DNA of 50,018 bases, filler included, from Jimgerdemannia flammicorona (GCA_003990765.1; 2 parts of 2 records of this genome joined end to end with filler, not necessarily neighbours in it), one strand, 5' to 3'; shown: positions 11,570-25,064, numbered from the whole stretch's first letter. A program made the numbers and translations. Notes: generated from the sequence alone by a model not told the origin.

Positions 11570-12826
11570 ATGGAAATATGTCCCCTCACATTCTATAGAT
11601 ATACTACTGAAGAGTCAATTCTGACCTTCATTGAAGACTTTGAACAATTTGCCACCATACGAGCCCTTGGTATGGATGCTCAATTGGCCCTTCTACCAGT
11701 CAGCCTCAGAGGACCTGCCAGAGACAAGTTCAATACAGCCACCATTGCTGATGCTGGTGCAGCCAAACTTGCCAACATGAAGGTCTTCCTCAGAACAACA
11801 TATTATACTGAAGAGATCAAGCAAGCTCTCAAGGATCAACTCAATACTATCTGTCAGGGACTTAGTGAAGATTCCAACTCATTCTATATCTGAATCTGCC
11901 ACCAGATTGTCTTGGCTGGCTATAATGATGCCCTCAAGGAACAAATAGCAAATTCAACCTTCCTCAAAGGAGTTTACCCTGAAATTGCCCTAGCAATCTG
12001 GTCTACCCCAGCTGCACCAACCCTTGATCAGAAAGTGGTCTTTGCATAGAGATATTGGACTGCCAGACACCCTGCCGAACACTCAATGGAGAAAATAACT
12101 GGCATCAAGATAGAGCCATCAAAGCCAACTAGTATCTTATCTGCAACAGTTGTAAACAGACAACCAACCCCACCTATCCCCAAGACAGCCAAAGCTGACC
12201 CAGTGGAAGAACTTGCCAAGCAGTTTGCCAAGATGACTGCACACCTCAGTGATGTTGTTAGAGAAGTCTGAAGCACCAACAGGAGACCAGTGTAGAGATT
12301 TGCAGTTGCTACAAAAGAACACAATATCACATACTTCAGATATAGAGAAGAAGGCCACTATGCAAAGAGTTGTATGACCGAAACAAGATGCAAAGCCCAA
12401 CCAAGCAATGCTAGTAGAACCAGAGAACAAACCAATGCAGTAGTCATTGAGGAGATTGGTGATACTGATGATGAAGAATACTATGAGGAGCTCGAATTCT
12501 ACCCTGCTACTGAAGGTATCAGAACCCAGTCCAAGCCCTATGACAAGAAGAGCAACAGCAAGCCAGTTGGAAGACCAAAGAAGACTCTAGCTGTCACTAT
12601 TCAAAGCAAGACCAAACCTGAGGAGATTGATCAAGACATGGAGTTAGATGAAGCTACCTGCCAAATTATCGAAGGCACTACTCCAGTCTCAGGAGAAAGT
12701 GAGAGCAAGAAGAAACAGAAGCTGTGCAAGACCAAGATCCACCAGTATGACATCTACAAGTACCTCAAAGAACAGAAGATCAATGCCACTTTTGGGCAGC
12801 TAGCTGAAGTTCCTGCCTTCAGATAG
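11570..12826 (+). pseudogene. gag: Gag with degenerate zinc knuckle
   Basis: FIEDFEQFA...LRGPARDKF capsid-like segment; YFRYREEGHYAKSC (decayed CCHC); CGA>TGA stops. Confidence 0.85.
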
Positions 12827-12939
12827 CAGTTGAGAGTAGGACTTGCAACTACCATCAAGAATTAAGAGTACAAGATTGTAGAAGCTCACAATGCACAAGA
12901 AGAATCTGAGAACTCAGGTAAAGAATCCAAAGACTAGTG

Positions 12940-15900
12940 CAAGACATCAGCCTATACCCTCTGTCAGATTGAAGACTGTATCTTTGATGTCATCATTGAT
13001 ACTAGTGCTGGAGGATGCCTCATGAGCAAGAAGGCAATTGACTGCCTAGGTTGGGACATTGAAGAGTCTACTAAGATGGTCTATGTTACAGCAGATGGTA
13101 CACGAGCTACCCCTATTGGCAAAATCCGAGAAGTCCCCATTAAGATAGGAGGAGCTACCATTCCAGTAGATATGATTGTTACAAGTACCACCAACTATGA
13201 CATCATCATTGGCAACCAATGGCTTCACAAGGCCAAGACCATCATTGACCTCAATGCCCAGAAGATGCAGATCAACTACAGAGGAAGAAAGGTATGAGTT
13301 TCTATCAATGTCCACAAAGGAGTCCTGCCTGACATAGAGGAAGGAGATGAAGAAGACACAGAGGTCTTCATGCACTTGGTGAACAAGAGCAAGAACAAGA
13401 CACCTAAGCTCACAGATGAGCAGTGGTATAACAAGATCATCAATAGATATGCCCCTCAAGGAAGATGCCCTCATGGTACTAGAATGTACTGCTCCAAACA
13501 CCTGAATGACTGCTGGTCCTGTATCAGTGAAGTCAGGAAAATCTGCTAACAGAAACATGAGCAAGAAGCTACTGAAGCAAAAAGGAAAGCTGAAGAAGAT
13601 GACCAGCCCCCAGAGCTTCAAGCTGACAGTGACAATGAGGAGGAACAAGAATCAGACATCACCCTCAAGGTCAAGAAGATTCACCCTGAAGCTAAGATCC
13701 CAGAATACAAGACTGAAGGAGCCATAGGAATGGACCTTGCCAGCATCCAAGATGCTATCCTTGAACCACAGACCACCACCCTACTTGGCACTGGAATTGG
13801 AGTCAAGTTGCCAGAAAACCATACTGGAATTATCAAGACCAGGAGCAGTCTGGCCAAAAGCGAAATCTCAGTTGAAGGAGGAGTAATTGACCCTGATTAC
13901 ACTGGTGAGATTTTTCTCATAGTCAGAAATTACAACCACACCACCCCCTTCAAAGTCAAGAAGCATGACAGGATTGGCCAGATGCTGATCCACGAAATCA
14001 AGAAGCCCAAGATCATAGAAGCCACTGAACTTATCAAGACCAAGTGAGGAGAACAAGGCTTTGGATCTACTGGAAGAGGAGCCTATGTCACCACCAAGAT
14101 TACTGAACTTGAGCACAAGAAAGACAAGGACCAGAACAAGCACATATATACCATTGGAGAAAAATTTCCCCTGGAGGAACAACTTCTCAAGATCCTGTAC
14201 CAGAATGAAGGAGTACTTGCTACAGACTTTAGAGATATCCACAATCAAGAACCCAAGTACTACTATGAAGTTGACACTGGTGATACCAAGCCTATCTACC
14301 AGAAAGCCAGACTGATACCACCTGCCTACAGAGAGTGGCTGCAAGCCGAACTCAAGGAAATGGAAGAAGCTGGAATCATCAAGCAAGCTATCAGCCCCTG
14401 GGCCTCACCCATTGTCCTCACCCCAAAGAAAGGAAGCAAGCCTGGAGAGTTTGCACTAAGACTCTGCATCAACTACAGGAAACTCAATGCCATCACCAAG
14501 AAGGATAGGCAGCCCATACCAAATATTCAAGAAATCCTTACCACCCTTGGAAGCGAAGCCAAATACTACACCATTTTGGATCTGTTCTCAGACTTCCATC
14601 AGATCAGTCTCACTCAAGATGCCAGTGAGAAATCGGCCTTTATCACACCTGATACCACCTATACCTATCTGCGAATGACATTTGGAATGTGCAATGCCCC
14701 AGCAAGTTTCCATCAAATGATGAACAAAGTCTTCAGCAATGAGATTGGAAAATGGCTCTTTGTCTATATTGATGATGTGATCATCTTCAGCAACACTGCA
14801 TGGGAACATGTCAATTACATACAGCTAACCCTCAAGAGGCTCAAGGAGCATAGCCTCTATATCAAGCCCAAGAAATGTAAGTTTGCAGCTCAATAAATCA
14901 CCTACCTAGGACACCTCATCAACCAGACTGGAATCCACACAGACCCCATGAAGATCGAGGCTGTTGCAGCCTACCCAAGACCCAGAAAAACTACAGAAGT
15001 CCATGCCTTCCTTGGACTGGCCAGCTACTACAGAAGATTCATCAAAGGATACTCCAACATTGCAGCATCTATCTATGAGCTACTGAAGAAGGAGACCAAA
15101 TTCGAATGGACCACGGAGCACCAAGAAACCTTCAATGAACTCAAGACCAGGTTGACCCAAGCACCCATCCTCAGAAGACCAGACTGGAACCTAGAATGCA
15201 TCCTGCAGACAGATACAAGTGCCATAGGACTTGGAGCAGTTCTAGCTCAGAAGAAAGATGGATATGAATATGTTATCTCCTATGCAAGCTGAGGTACCCA
15301 CGGAGCAGAACAGAACTATGAGTCATGCAAGCTTGAATGCTTAGTAGTAGTTTGGGCAGTAGACAAGTTCCACTACTACCTAGCTGGAAAATGCTTCACC
15401 ATTCAAACGGACCATTCTGCTCTTGCCTGGCTATTCCACACTTGGAACCCCAAAGGAATATATGCTAGATAGATCTACAGGCTGCAAGAGTATGACTGTA
15501 CTGTCAAGCACCACTCAGGAAAGACCAACACCAATGCCGATGCACTCTCAAGGACACCCCGAAACACCCCCATCAAGACTACTCAACATGAATAAGGAGC
15601 CATACTATGGATTAATCAGCTACCTTGGGCAGCAGAAGATACCCAACCACCTTGAACTCTGGACAATCACCATCATCAACCGACTTGGAAACAGTTTGAA
15701 TTAGACAACACTATACTCAGAAAAGGAGGAAAGCTAGTAATATCTGAATACAAGAAGTATCAAGTAATGAAGGAAGTACATGAGCAAGGACACTTAGGAG
15801 GAACCAACATATACGACAAGGCAAGAAGAGCCATGTGGTGGTCCAAGATGGAAGAAGACCTGCACCAATTTGTCAAAAGGTGTGACAAGTGCCAAAAACA

Positions 15901-16800
15901 GAAATAAGATCAGCAAGACCAGGTACCCAGATCATCAAGAATTGAGCCTATCCCCTTCCACCACATCACAATGGATATCATTGGACCACTACCAGTAACA
16001 CTATCAGGAAACTACTATATTATAGTTATCATAGACCTCTTCACCAAATGGATAGAGGCAGGAGCATTACAAGAAGCCAATGCCCTCTCTATAGCTGACT
16101 TCCTATACCGAGAAATCATCTGCCACTACAAGACACCAAAGCAAATCACAACAGACTGTGGTACAGAATTTGTCAATGGATTCTACGAGATAATATATCA
16201 GAAATACAAGATCCAGTACATCAAGACCACTGCATACCACCCTCAAGGAAATGGACAGACAGAGAGAACCAAAAAGACCCTCAAGAACATTCTAGCAAAA
16301 ATCTCAGAGACATATGAGAATTGGGATAACTATCTCCCAACTGCCCTCTCTGTTCTATGAGACATATGGTCACAGAGCACACATTTTACCCCAAGAGAGC
16401 TGCTCTTCAGAGAAGAAGATTCTGATGGAACCTCAGCTACAAATCTAGACCTAACTTGGAGGTGGGTTGATGCAGAAATCTGGAGACTACACCAAATCAG
16501 GAAGAAGGCTGAAGATTATATCACCAAGTCACAAGTGCTGATAAGGAAGAATGCAGAAAAGAATCACAAGACCCTAGAACCCATCTGGATTGGAGAAAAG
16601 ATTCTACTGTATCAAAATATGGTAGAAGCCTCATGGTCATAAAAACTGGAGCCCAAATGGGAAGGATCCTTCTATATGTAAGATATCAAGGGAACTATCT
16701 TCTGGCTTAGAAAAATCTCAGGGACCATACTGCCTACCATGGTACATAGGAACAGACTCAAAAAGTATCATGAACCTATATAAGAGAAGCAAAACATGAT
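12940..16800 (+). pseudogene. pol: Pol: aspartic protease, dUTPase, RT, RNase H, integrase
   Basis: IIDTSAG (PR); SPWASPIVL, LRLCINYRKLN, MTFGMCNAP, YIDD (RT); LQTDTSAIGLGAVL (RH); HEQGHLG..CDKCQK, MDIIGPLP, TDCGTEF, HPQGNGQTER (IN). Multiple stops. Confidence 0.95.
13660..14075 (+). pseudogene. dut: Retroelement dUTPase domain (between PR and RT)
   Basis: GMDL, TRSSLA, GGVIDPDYTGEI, DRIGQM, (R)GEQGFGSTG motifs. Confidence 0.95.
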
Positions 16801-17137
16801 GACCACCTACAAGGTTCTAGTCTGCAAATCATAACAGCATGTCCCATGACCAGCAGGCTATCTGTCTAGACCATTCTCTAAGGGATATGGCACTGGCAAC
16901 TACTCATCTGTGAGACTTTCACAGTCAGAGGAGTTCAAACCATCAACTGATTGGTCAAGATCAGAATCAGGCCCTTGCTCTATATGAAGGGAGTGACCCT
17001 TCACCATCATGCCAAAATACAAAGGGAAGATGTCAGCCAATAAACACCAGTTTTTGACCCCTTACCAGAGGTTATGGGATTAGCAAATTTTTCAGGACTG
17101 GACCAATGAATAAGGATACTCAGGAAGATCCTTATTT

Positions 17138-17147
17138 AGGAGGAAGA
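17138..17147 (+). promoter_or_regulatory. Polypurine tract
   Basis: AGGAGGAAGA lies immediately before the 3' LTR. Confidence 0.8.
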
Positions 17148-18642
17148 TGTAACAGTGACCCCAGAATGATGACATCAGCACAGGAGACAGCCTGTCCTTG
17201 CAAGCCACCAGATCGGAGCACAAGAAGATCATATGGCATATGAGATGAGCAATGATGACCAACTGTGAGTCATTGTGACGACAGTACAAGCATCCTGAAG
17301 AATATAAAAGAAGGATCAAGGAACTGCAGTAGCAGCAACCAACAAGAACCACCAATCTCAAAATAGCTCAAAGACTTACCATAAATGAAATGTCTGCTGC
17401 CCACCAAACCTCAAGGTTAAGGAATCACCAAGATATCTTGGTTGAGAAAAGGATATTCCAAGACATCAGAAGAGCCATGAGGACCTGCTCAAAAAGGACT
17501 CCTAGTGTCAACCTGGGTGCTGCAGACCCTTATCACTTCATTCTCTACTGCTGTAAAATGGAAACAAGGTACACTATTGCTACTGAATGCCTCCAAATAT
17601 AGCAGGAGTATGAAATAGGAAACCTCCTCTGCTGGGAGTTCCCAGAGGCCAGTATCCAAGAGCTACAAGATACCACTCCCATGGATATATGTGAAATAAG
17701 GATAGCTAAGAAGATCCATCAGATCTTCAGGCATGCACCAGGGTTGATCCCCAACTTGAAGTATGTTAGAGTCTCAGATTTCAGAGACCTATCATCTCAC
17801 CATATCAATGCACTAGAAGCCAGAGTGGCTACAGAAGCCTGGTCCACTATTACCCTCAACAGTGAAGAAGTAGAAGACTTCTAGCACCCTATCCTTCAGG
17901 ACAACCCAGATCAATTCCTGCAAGGATTGATCTCAGTATTCCAAGGCCCAAGCATCCGAGTTAGATCTCCCCAAGACCCCACATTTGTTCCTTATTTTGT
18001 GGAAAAGAACCTCATAGACTGGAGAGCTCCAGACCTTGTCCCCAATTTCTCCGCCAAAGCCGAACATGATGACATCATCGATGACGTCATCCTGCATGAC
18101 ATACCTGAAGCACGCAAAGTATGTGAAATGTATAACCTACATGACGAATTCGGGGACCTCATCTCCTTCAGTGATGATGATGATGAAGCCCTCATGATCC
18201 TGAACTTTCTGCTCTAAGTTCTTTATTATACTAGATAATGCCAGTACCAGTATTCTGAGGTAATGTGAAATTGTTCCAGTATTGGCATTTTGATGTGATA
18301 CTAAATAATGCCAGCCCTAGAACTTAGTAGTTTTAGTTATTGGAATTTATATTTAGCTTTATATCTTAGCAATCATTGAATTATATTTTGTATAAATACC
18401 CCTCTTATTTCCTCTGAAATAAAGTCAGTCAATTCAGTATATTCAGTTTAGTATAATACACACAATCCCTTGCAAACAATCTAAGAGATAACAAGACAAT
18501 TAAAGATAAGAAGTTTGAGGACTATAAGACCTTGGGAAGACACTCCAATAAGAACTTGCTTCTAACAACTTGAGTTAGTCTAAGAGATATACCTTGAAGA
18601 GAATCTGGCATATTTGAAGGACTCAGTGACTACTATGTGACA
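17148..18642 (+). repeat. 3' LTR (1495 bp) containing a disrupted copy of the LTR ORF (17390-18217)
   Basis: TGTAACAG...GTGACA; the ORF has TGG>TAG stops at 17600 and 17882. Confidence 0.97.
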
Positions 18643-19719
18643 ATATATAAATGTGGTTGTCAAGTAAAATACTAAACAGTTTAGAGGCAGCTTGTTCAAT
18701 ATATTCAAGATTACATTGTACATAGGAGCTCTGATCCCAATATAGCTATATTTCTCTTTTATACAACAGTACATTTTTAGACAGGATGCCATATTATATT
18801 TATATAGCAGTTAAGCCTTGAATGCTATCATTGGGCAAGAACAACTAATTAAGAGATTTATATATTACTAGTATTTGTTTTTATATTAGTCCTATATTTT
18901 TACATATTAAGTACATAAAGATTATTTTAAGTTTGTACTACATTGTGAAGTTTAATCTCAATATCTCCAAGACTGCAAACTTCTAGTAATACAGTAGCTT
19001 AAATTAGTCATACTTTTCCTGGTTATAGTAGAGCTCAGTCAAATCACCTAGAGATAGAGATATTGTCATGCTTAAGAGGTCTGGTTCTTCTTTATAGTTA
19101 TAGATATTGAGAGCTCATATCTATAGTATACTACCATCAGAGTCAAAACTATCAAATTATGGATCAATAAGAATTTTCATCAAAAAAAAATAGATCAATG
19201 ACAAAGTTTTGACCATTGATAAAATTTGACTAAAACAAATAGATTGACAACAAAAATTTAACCAAAAAAAATGAATTCATGAATTTTGATCAAAAAAATT
19301 AGATTGACAAAATTTGAGGATTGACAGATAATATATGCATTATATCTATCAAGATATATGATATATTATAAAATCAATTACAAAGCTAACATAGCCAAGT
19401 TTTTATATTATATAGCCAAATCTTCATCTCTTTTGCCAAGTTTCAATTCTTTTCTCTTTGCCAAGCTTGCCAAATTTTCTTTCTTTTGCTACTTTTCTAT
19501 TTACTTTACTATTAAGTTTCTGTCTCATCTGTGGCCAAGTTTCTATTTTCTCTATCACTAGGTTTCCATTTACTCTACTGTTAAGCTTTCAATTACTAAT
19601 ATACTAAGTACATAAGTAAATATAATTTATTTATGATTTAAATATATTGTATATATAAGAGAGGCATTCTATACCAAATTCAGTCTTAGGCACCCAGTAC
19701 ACATCAAGTTTAAGATTGT

Positions 19720-20148
19720 TATATGGCCAGGTTCAGAATAGATATACTAAAGATATCATTATAGAGATACACTTCATCAGACAGTTTGAATAGATATGAT
19801 AATATCATATAGTTACTTATGATCAAGTTCAGGATAGTTGTCAATATCAATGTAAAAGCCACTTCACTGAACAGATAAATCAAGAATATGAGGATACTTA
19901 TAGCTGAGTTTTGGGTGGATGCCAATCTCAATACCAAAGAAAATAATAGACAGATACTACTTTACTGGACTGTGCAGAATAAATATATAGAGATCATAAA
20001 ATCACTTGTAGCTAAGTTTGAGGTAGATACTAATGTCAAGAATATCGATAAAGTGATACTGATTCACCAGGTTGTACTGAATGAGGACATTGAGGTTATG
20101 AGATTGCTTATGACCAAGTTTTGGATAGATGTCAATACTAAGGATTGA
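19720..20148 (+). pseudogene. Heavily mutated ankyrin-repeat gene relic
   Basis: RQILLYWTVQNKYIEIIKSLVAKFEVDTNVKN reads as a transition-decayed GQTPLHWAAQNGHVEVVKSLVAEFGVDANVKD. Confidence 0.7.
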
Positions 20149-20489
20149 TATGAACATGGTAATGATAACGATGGCTAAAAAAAATTAAGATATACAATAA
20201 GGCAACATAGTATATATGAAGTTAAGACAAGTAAGATCAAGGTAAGTAAAACCAACAAGACTAATATTATTAAGTCAAACAAGATCTATAAGGTAATGAG
20301 ACCAGTATATATGAGATCAGAAGAAATGTGACTAGCAATGAGGTCAATATTTTCAGATGAAGCCAGTGTATATAAGGCCAATATTATAAAGGCAAATAAG
20401 ATCTATGAAGTCAATATTACTAAGGGGAGCAAGATCAAGTCCAGTGAACCTAATGAGACAAATGAGTCTCAAGAATGAGTCCAAGCTAA

Positions 20490-20990
20490 GTTCAATAGGA
20501 ACTGTAACTACTGTGGGAAACATAGATACTACAAGGAAAAAGAAAATAATTATTATAAATAATGTGAAAATGAATAATATAAAAATGGTCAATATAGAGA
20601 CCAGACAAACTATACTAAAACTAATAATATCTGGATTATAGATTTGGGCACAGCCTAACACAAGGAGTGGTTCTCTAGTTATTAACCTTTTGAACATCCT
20701 GTATCTATTAAAGTAGATAATAGTAATAATAGTAATATGATATATGTTCCGGGACAGAGAAATATCAATATATAACTTCATGGCAATACTGATTAAACAT
20801 CTGGCACTCTATACAATATACTACACTCCTCAAACCTATGCAAGAACATCTTTTCTACAGACAGAATTATGGCCTGCAGCAAGAAGATCTATATATATAC
20901 CAAAGATATAATGATATATGACTCACAGAATAATTGATAGTTAATGACAGTATTAAGATAAAAGAATCTATATATAATCAACAGTACAGT
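20490..20990 (+). mobile_element. Ty1/copia gag-protease relic
   Basis: CNYCGKH knuckle; WIIDLGTA..KEWFSSY; ILHTP..CKNIFS, all typical of the copia PR region. Confidence 0.65.
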
Positions 20991-21429
20991 CAATAGTTAT
21001 ACAGTCTATAATATAGTTAAAGTATAGCCTATAGTAGTATTAAAGTCAATGATACAGCCAACGGTATAACCTATAATGAAGTTAACAGTATAGTCAAAAG
21101 TGTAGTCAAAGGTATGATCAAAGAAACAGTCTATAATATAGTCAATTATATAGCCTTCAATAGTATGACCTCTACTAGTATTCAAGTCAATGTAGCTAAA
21201 ATAATAACATCTACATCTTGACCAACAAAAAGACCACCAGCATTATCTATGGCCAATAGCTAAAAGCATCAAATTCTTGATCAGCCAGAGTTTCTACACC
21301 TAAATTAACAGTTAAAAGTTTTGTAAAAGTATCAATATCTCAACCAGTACCAAATATCTATATTTGGATCAGCAATGTCATCTCTGAATAAGTAAAGGAT
21401 AATTAAAATAATTGATGATAATGATAGTA

Positions 21430-24400
21430 ATGTCAAGGTCAATTATGAGAATCTTATATTTAGAGACTTAACTGAAAAGATTTCAAAATCAACATGACTT
21501 TTCAGCTCATAAGAACCTATAGTCAAACTGGATAAATTTGATACAACACCTATCTCTGCTACTACAGAAGAGCCAATCATCACTAATATTTGAATAGGAA
21601 GAGAAGTAATTATCTCAAGACTTGCCAACTATCCAGCATCAGAAGGATCTCAACTAAAAATCAGTGCAGTCTGAAATCTTCAACCAGATTAACCAGATAA
21701 TACAAGCAGCCCTATTGGAGACTTTGAAGAACTTATCCAAGAACTAAAAGATGTTATTACACAAGTCCAAAATCCTGTAGGCAGATACACCATAGTAGTC
21801 TCACCAATCTCACCCATAGAACCTTTACCACTAGCTCTTGCAGAACTGAAAGTAGCTCTCTCAAGAATACCGAGGCTCACTCTACTTCACCTAAGATCCA
21901 GAACACTATCCTCAAGATACCCAAGCACTCCCATTTCCAGTGATAGTTCAGAAAGTGATTCAGAGTCAGAATCTGAATTAGAATCTGGACCAGAATCAGA
22001 ATCAGAAGAAAGTGATAATGAAATGGCCATCTTACTACCAACCTTTGCAAGATACTCAGAGGAAGATCCTAGAGAATTCCTTGACAGAATCAAGAGAATT
22101 GCAGCTCTGAGAAATCTCTCAGATGAAAGAAAAATTGCCATCTACAAGGCCCAACTAAGAGAGCCAGGCAGAGGAATTTTCCACCAAACAAAAAATGACC
22201 CACACTCAGAACTGGCAATACAAATACAAGTAGCAGCATCCTATAAGCTGGAATATATAGCCATAGTCTACTGGCTCAATGAAAAATATACAGGAAATGA
22301 AACCTACTACAAGGTTCAAGAATCCATCATAGAGATGAAGATGAATCTTAGAGAAATGCCCAGAGCCTTCTTTACAAGAATCCAGAAGAGAATGTATACA
22401 GCCAGATTTAATGTCACCAACCAAGATATCATAGGTCCAATGACCTTCATGAATGGGATTCCTCTGAACATTGTCCAGCATGTCTGTACTCTAGGTATCA
22501 GAAGGTCTGAAGAGCAGGAAGATGCAGCCCAAGAATTCTTTGATTTCAGGCAAAGAAGGAAAAAAGGACAGGTGTGAAATCCAAAACCTCAGTTTCAAGT
22601 TGGACTGATTGGTTTGATAGATTGAGAAACTCACTATATGCAAAAATTGGAGTTACCAAGACAACAGAGGATACTCACCTCAGAGGAGCCAAGGTTATCC
22701 ACCAAGAGACAACAGGAACTACCAGCAAGAGGAAAGAAGATACTCTGCCCAAGACAGAGCCCAAGTTCAATACTTCCACTGTAGACAATTTAGACACTAT
22801 GACACTGAATGTGACAATAAAAGAAGTAACTGAAGGAACTCAGAACTACCAAACTGAAGGAATAATACTCAGTATAAGAATACTGAAGCCCATCCTGTCA
22901 AAGACTTTAAAAAAGCAAGCAACAGTGAAGACTACAGTGACCTAGACTTGTACCCTACCAAGTTTACCACCCAAAAAACAGTCTATCCAGCAGAGAAAAG
23001 GAAGAGATCTATAGGAAGGCCATCCAGGAATATCAGCAGAAGTATTATCTAAAAAGTAGATAAAAAATATGAAGAAGAATAAGTAGAAACATCTCCCTGG
23101 ACTCCCTCACCTTTTTTCTCTAAGACAAATGAGCTGCTACCAGAGAATGAAGAAATGGAGCAAGAAGAATGAGAACCTACTGCCCCAAAGCCCAAGAAGT
23201 AGTACACCCTGAAGACTACACCCAGAGACATCTATAATAAAGCCTGGCAGAAGATTAAAGATGCCAAGATGGAAGTACCTCTCCTGCAGTTTCTGCAACT
23301 GATATCAGCTAGAGTTCAAAACAAATTACTAAGGACCACTAGGTCTAGTACTGGCTGGGTCTCCATTCCACAGCAAGAGCCAGCCCCCACAGACATCCAG
23401 GCTATAGAAAGACATGTTAGCTCTTACCTACATAGAGATATTAGAGGACAAAAGGCGAAAATCCTCATAGACACAGGAGCAGTAGTCTGTATCATTGCCA
23501 AATGATTTCTGGATACCCTCCAATGGCCCATTGATAGACCATCCAACCTCAGCATCATAGTAGCAGATGGAGCCCGAACTCAACCCCTTGGAGAAGTATG
23601 AAATATTACTATATCCCTTGGACACATTTGGTTCTCCATCCCAAAAGCTATTATCACCAAAACCATTACCTATGACATGATCCTTGGTACCAACTGGATG
23701 AAAGAAATGAATACCGTTGTTCATATCAGTCAACAAGTACTCAAGTTTAACAACTGAGGCCAGAAGTACAGAGTTAAGATAACTGGCTATAGCAATTGAA
23801 GAAAAAGAAGAAGGTCACCATCCAGGAGAAATATGTATACCTGCAGTAAAGAATCCACCATAGAAGAGGAAGAAGAATCTGAAGATAGAAATGATTCCAG
23901 ACTTAATCCCCAAATCAACCTAGTGGATGATATGTCAGAAGACAACATATGGGCTAAGAACACAATCCCCATTACTATTGGAGCCATTGCAGGAGAAATC
24001 AAAGGATACCCTATCTGCCTCAAGAGATACAAGTATCCCGAGCACTCCTTCAAGATCATTGGGACAAGGAATTCGCCTGGTACAGTCTGCCCTGAGAGCA
24101 GAAGAAAGAAGAAGAAATGCAGACATGACTCAGAGACACCTGCAGCTGAAGCCACAGAAGTACAAGCAATTTGGGATCAAGAATCATCTGAGAAAGAAGA
24201 AATCCCTGAACAAGAAGTTCCCAAACAAAAAGTACCTGAAGAAGAAGAAGTTCCCAAACTCATTCCCTAGGATGACTCTTGCTGGACACTACCTGAAGAT
24301 AATGATCCTTGGAATATGGAAGAAGGACTCAGCATAATTCCCATTATTCCCAAGAAAGAAACTCACCAAGAAAGGAGTTTTTAGCTAAAAAGATATCTAC

Positions 24401-24790
24401 ACCAAATGGTCTTCAACTCTCTCCAAGACTACTGCTATCAGTGCCATCTACTAGACCAATAAGAAAGACAGAGACCCCAAAGATCAGAACCCCCAACTAC
24501 AGTAGCACAGTTAGCTACCTTCTAAGAAGTTACCACTAAGCTGTAAAGTCAATTTAGAGGATAAGGTTTCTTCACCCAAACAGAAGTATACCCCTTATCT
24601 ACTCTTCCCCCAACCTATGATCAAGATGGATACTAAGTCCCAAGACAACAAGAGAGCAACAACCAGGAATAGCATTTTTGAGCAATGGGATATTATAACT
24701 ATGAAAGACACTCAAACTGCCAAGACTGCTGACATCAGAAGATTTACCTCAGTCATGATGTTGTGATCCACACCTTAAGAGAGAAGATAA
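21430..24790 (+). mobile_element. Degenerate Ty3/gypsy gag-protease fragment, 3' truncated
   Basis: LPTFARYSEEDPREFL gag; YFHCRQFRHYDTEC knuckle (~22770); KILIDTGAVVCII and YDMILGTNW protease. No RT before the interruption. Left boundary approximate. Confidence 0.85.
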
Positions 24791-24964
24791 TAGAGGCCAC
24801 CTTTCACCAGTAACATTCAGGTGACACAAGATTTGGACAACACTTTCTGCGAAGTTTTTGGTGAAAAGCTACTATCAACATGGCGAGCAACGAGCAAACT
24901 GGTGGGCAGGTCGGCCAGGGGGGCAGCCGGGCCTTCGACTGGCAGCAGGTTGGGAGGAAACGAG
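24790..24964 (+). mobile_element. 5' end of a LINE-ORF1-like element, cut by the contig end
   Basis: CTTTCACCAGTAACATTCAGG...AAGCTACT..ATGGC and the peptide MASNEQ..GQGGSRAFDWQQVGR match 48320-48490. Confidence 0.6.
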
Positions 24965-25064
24965 NNNNNNNNNNNNNNNNNNNNNNNNNNNNNNNNNNNN
25001 NNNNNNNNTTAATTAATTAANNNNNNNNNNNNNNNNNNNNNNNNNNNNNNNNNNNNNNNNNNNN
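24965..25064. other. Artificial contig linker (N44-TTAATTAATTAA-N44)
   Basis: A six-frame-stop palindrome at 25009-25020 is flanked by equal N runs. Confidence 0.97.

Larger units (their letters stand above)
9920..18642 (+). mobile_element. Full-length, degenerate Ty3/gypsy LTR retrotransposon (family 1) with dUTPase
   Basis: Direct LTRs with TG...CA ends; ATAT(AT) flanks both ends (9914-9919 and 18643-18648); order gag-PR-DU-RT-RH-IN; PBS-like and PPT sites present. Confidence 0.97.

Noticed and set aside
13046..14386. Long antisense ORFs in pol (also 48785-49537 and 44659-45135)
   Set aside because: They are shadows of biased codon usage on the coding strand, with no recognisable motifs.
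25009..25020. Perfect palindrome TTAATTAATTAA
   Set aside because: It is an artificial spacer; no biological linkage can be inferred across it.
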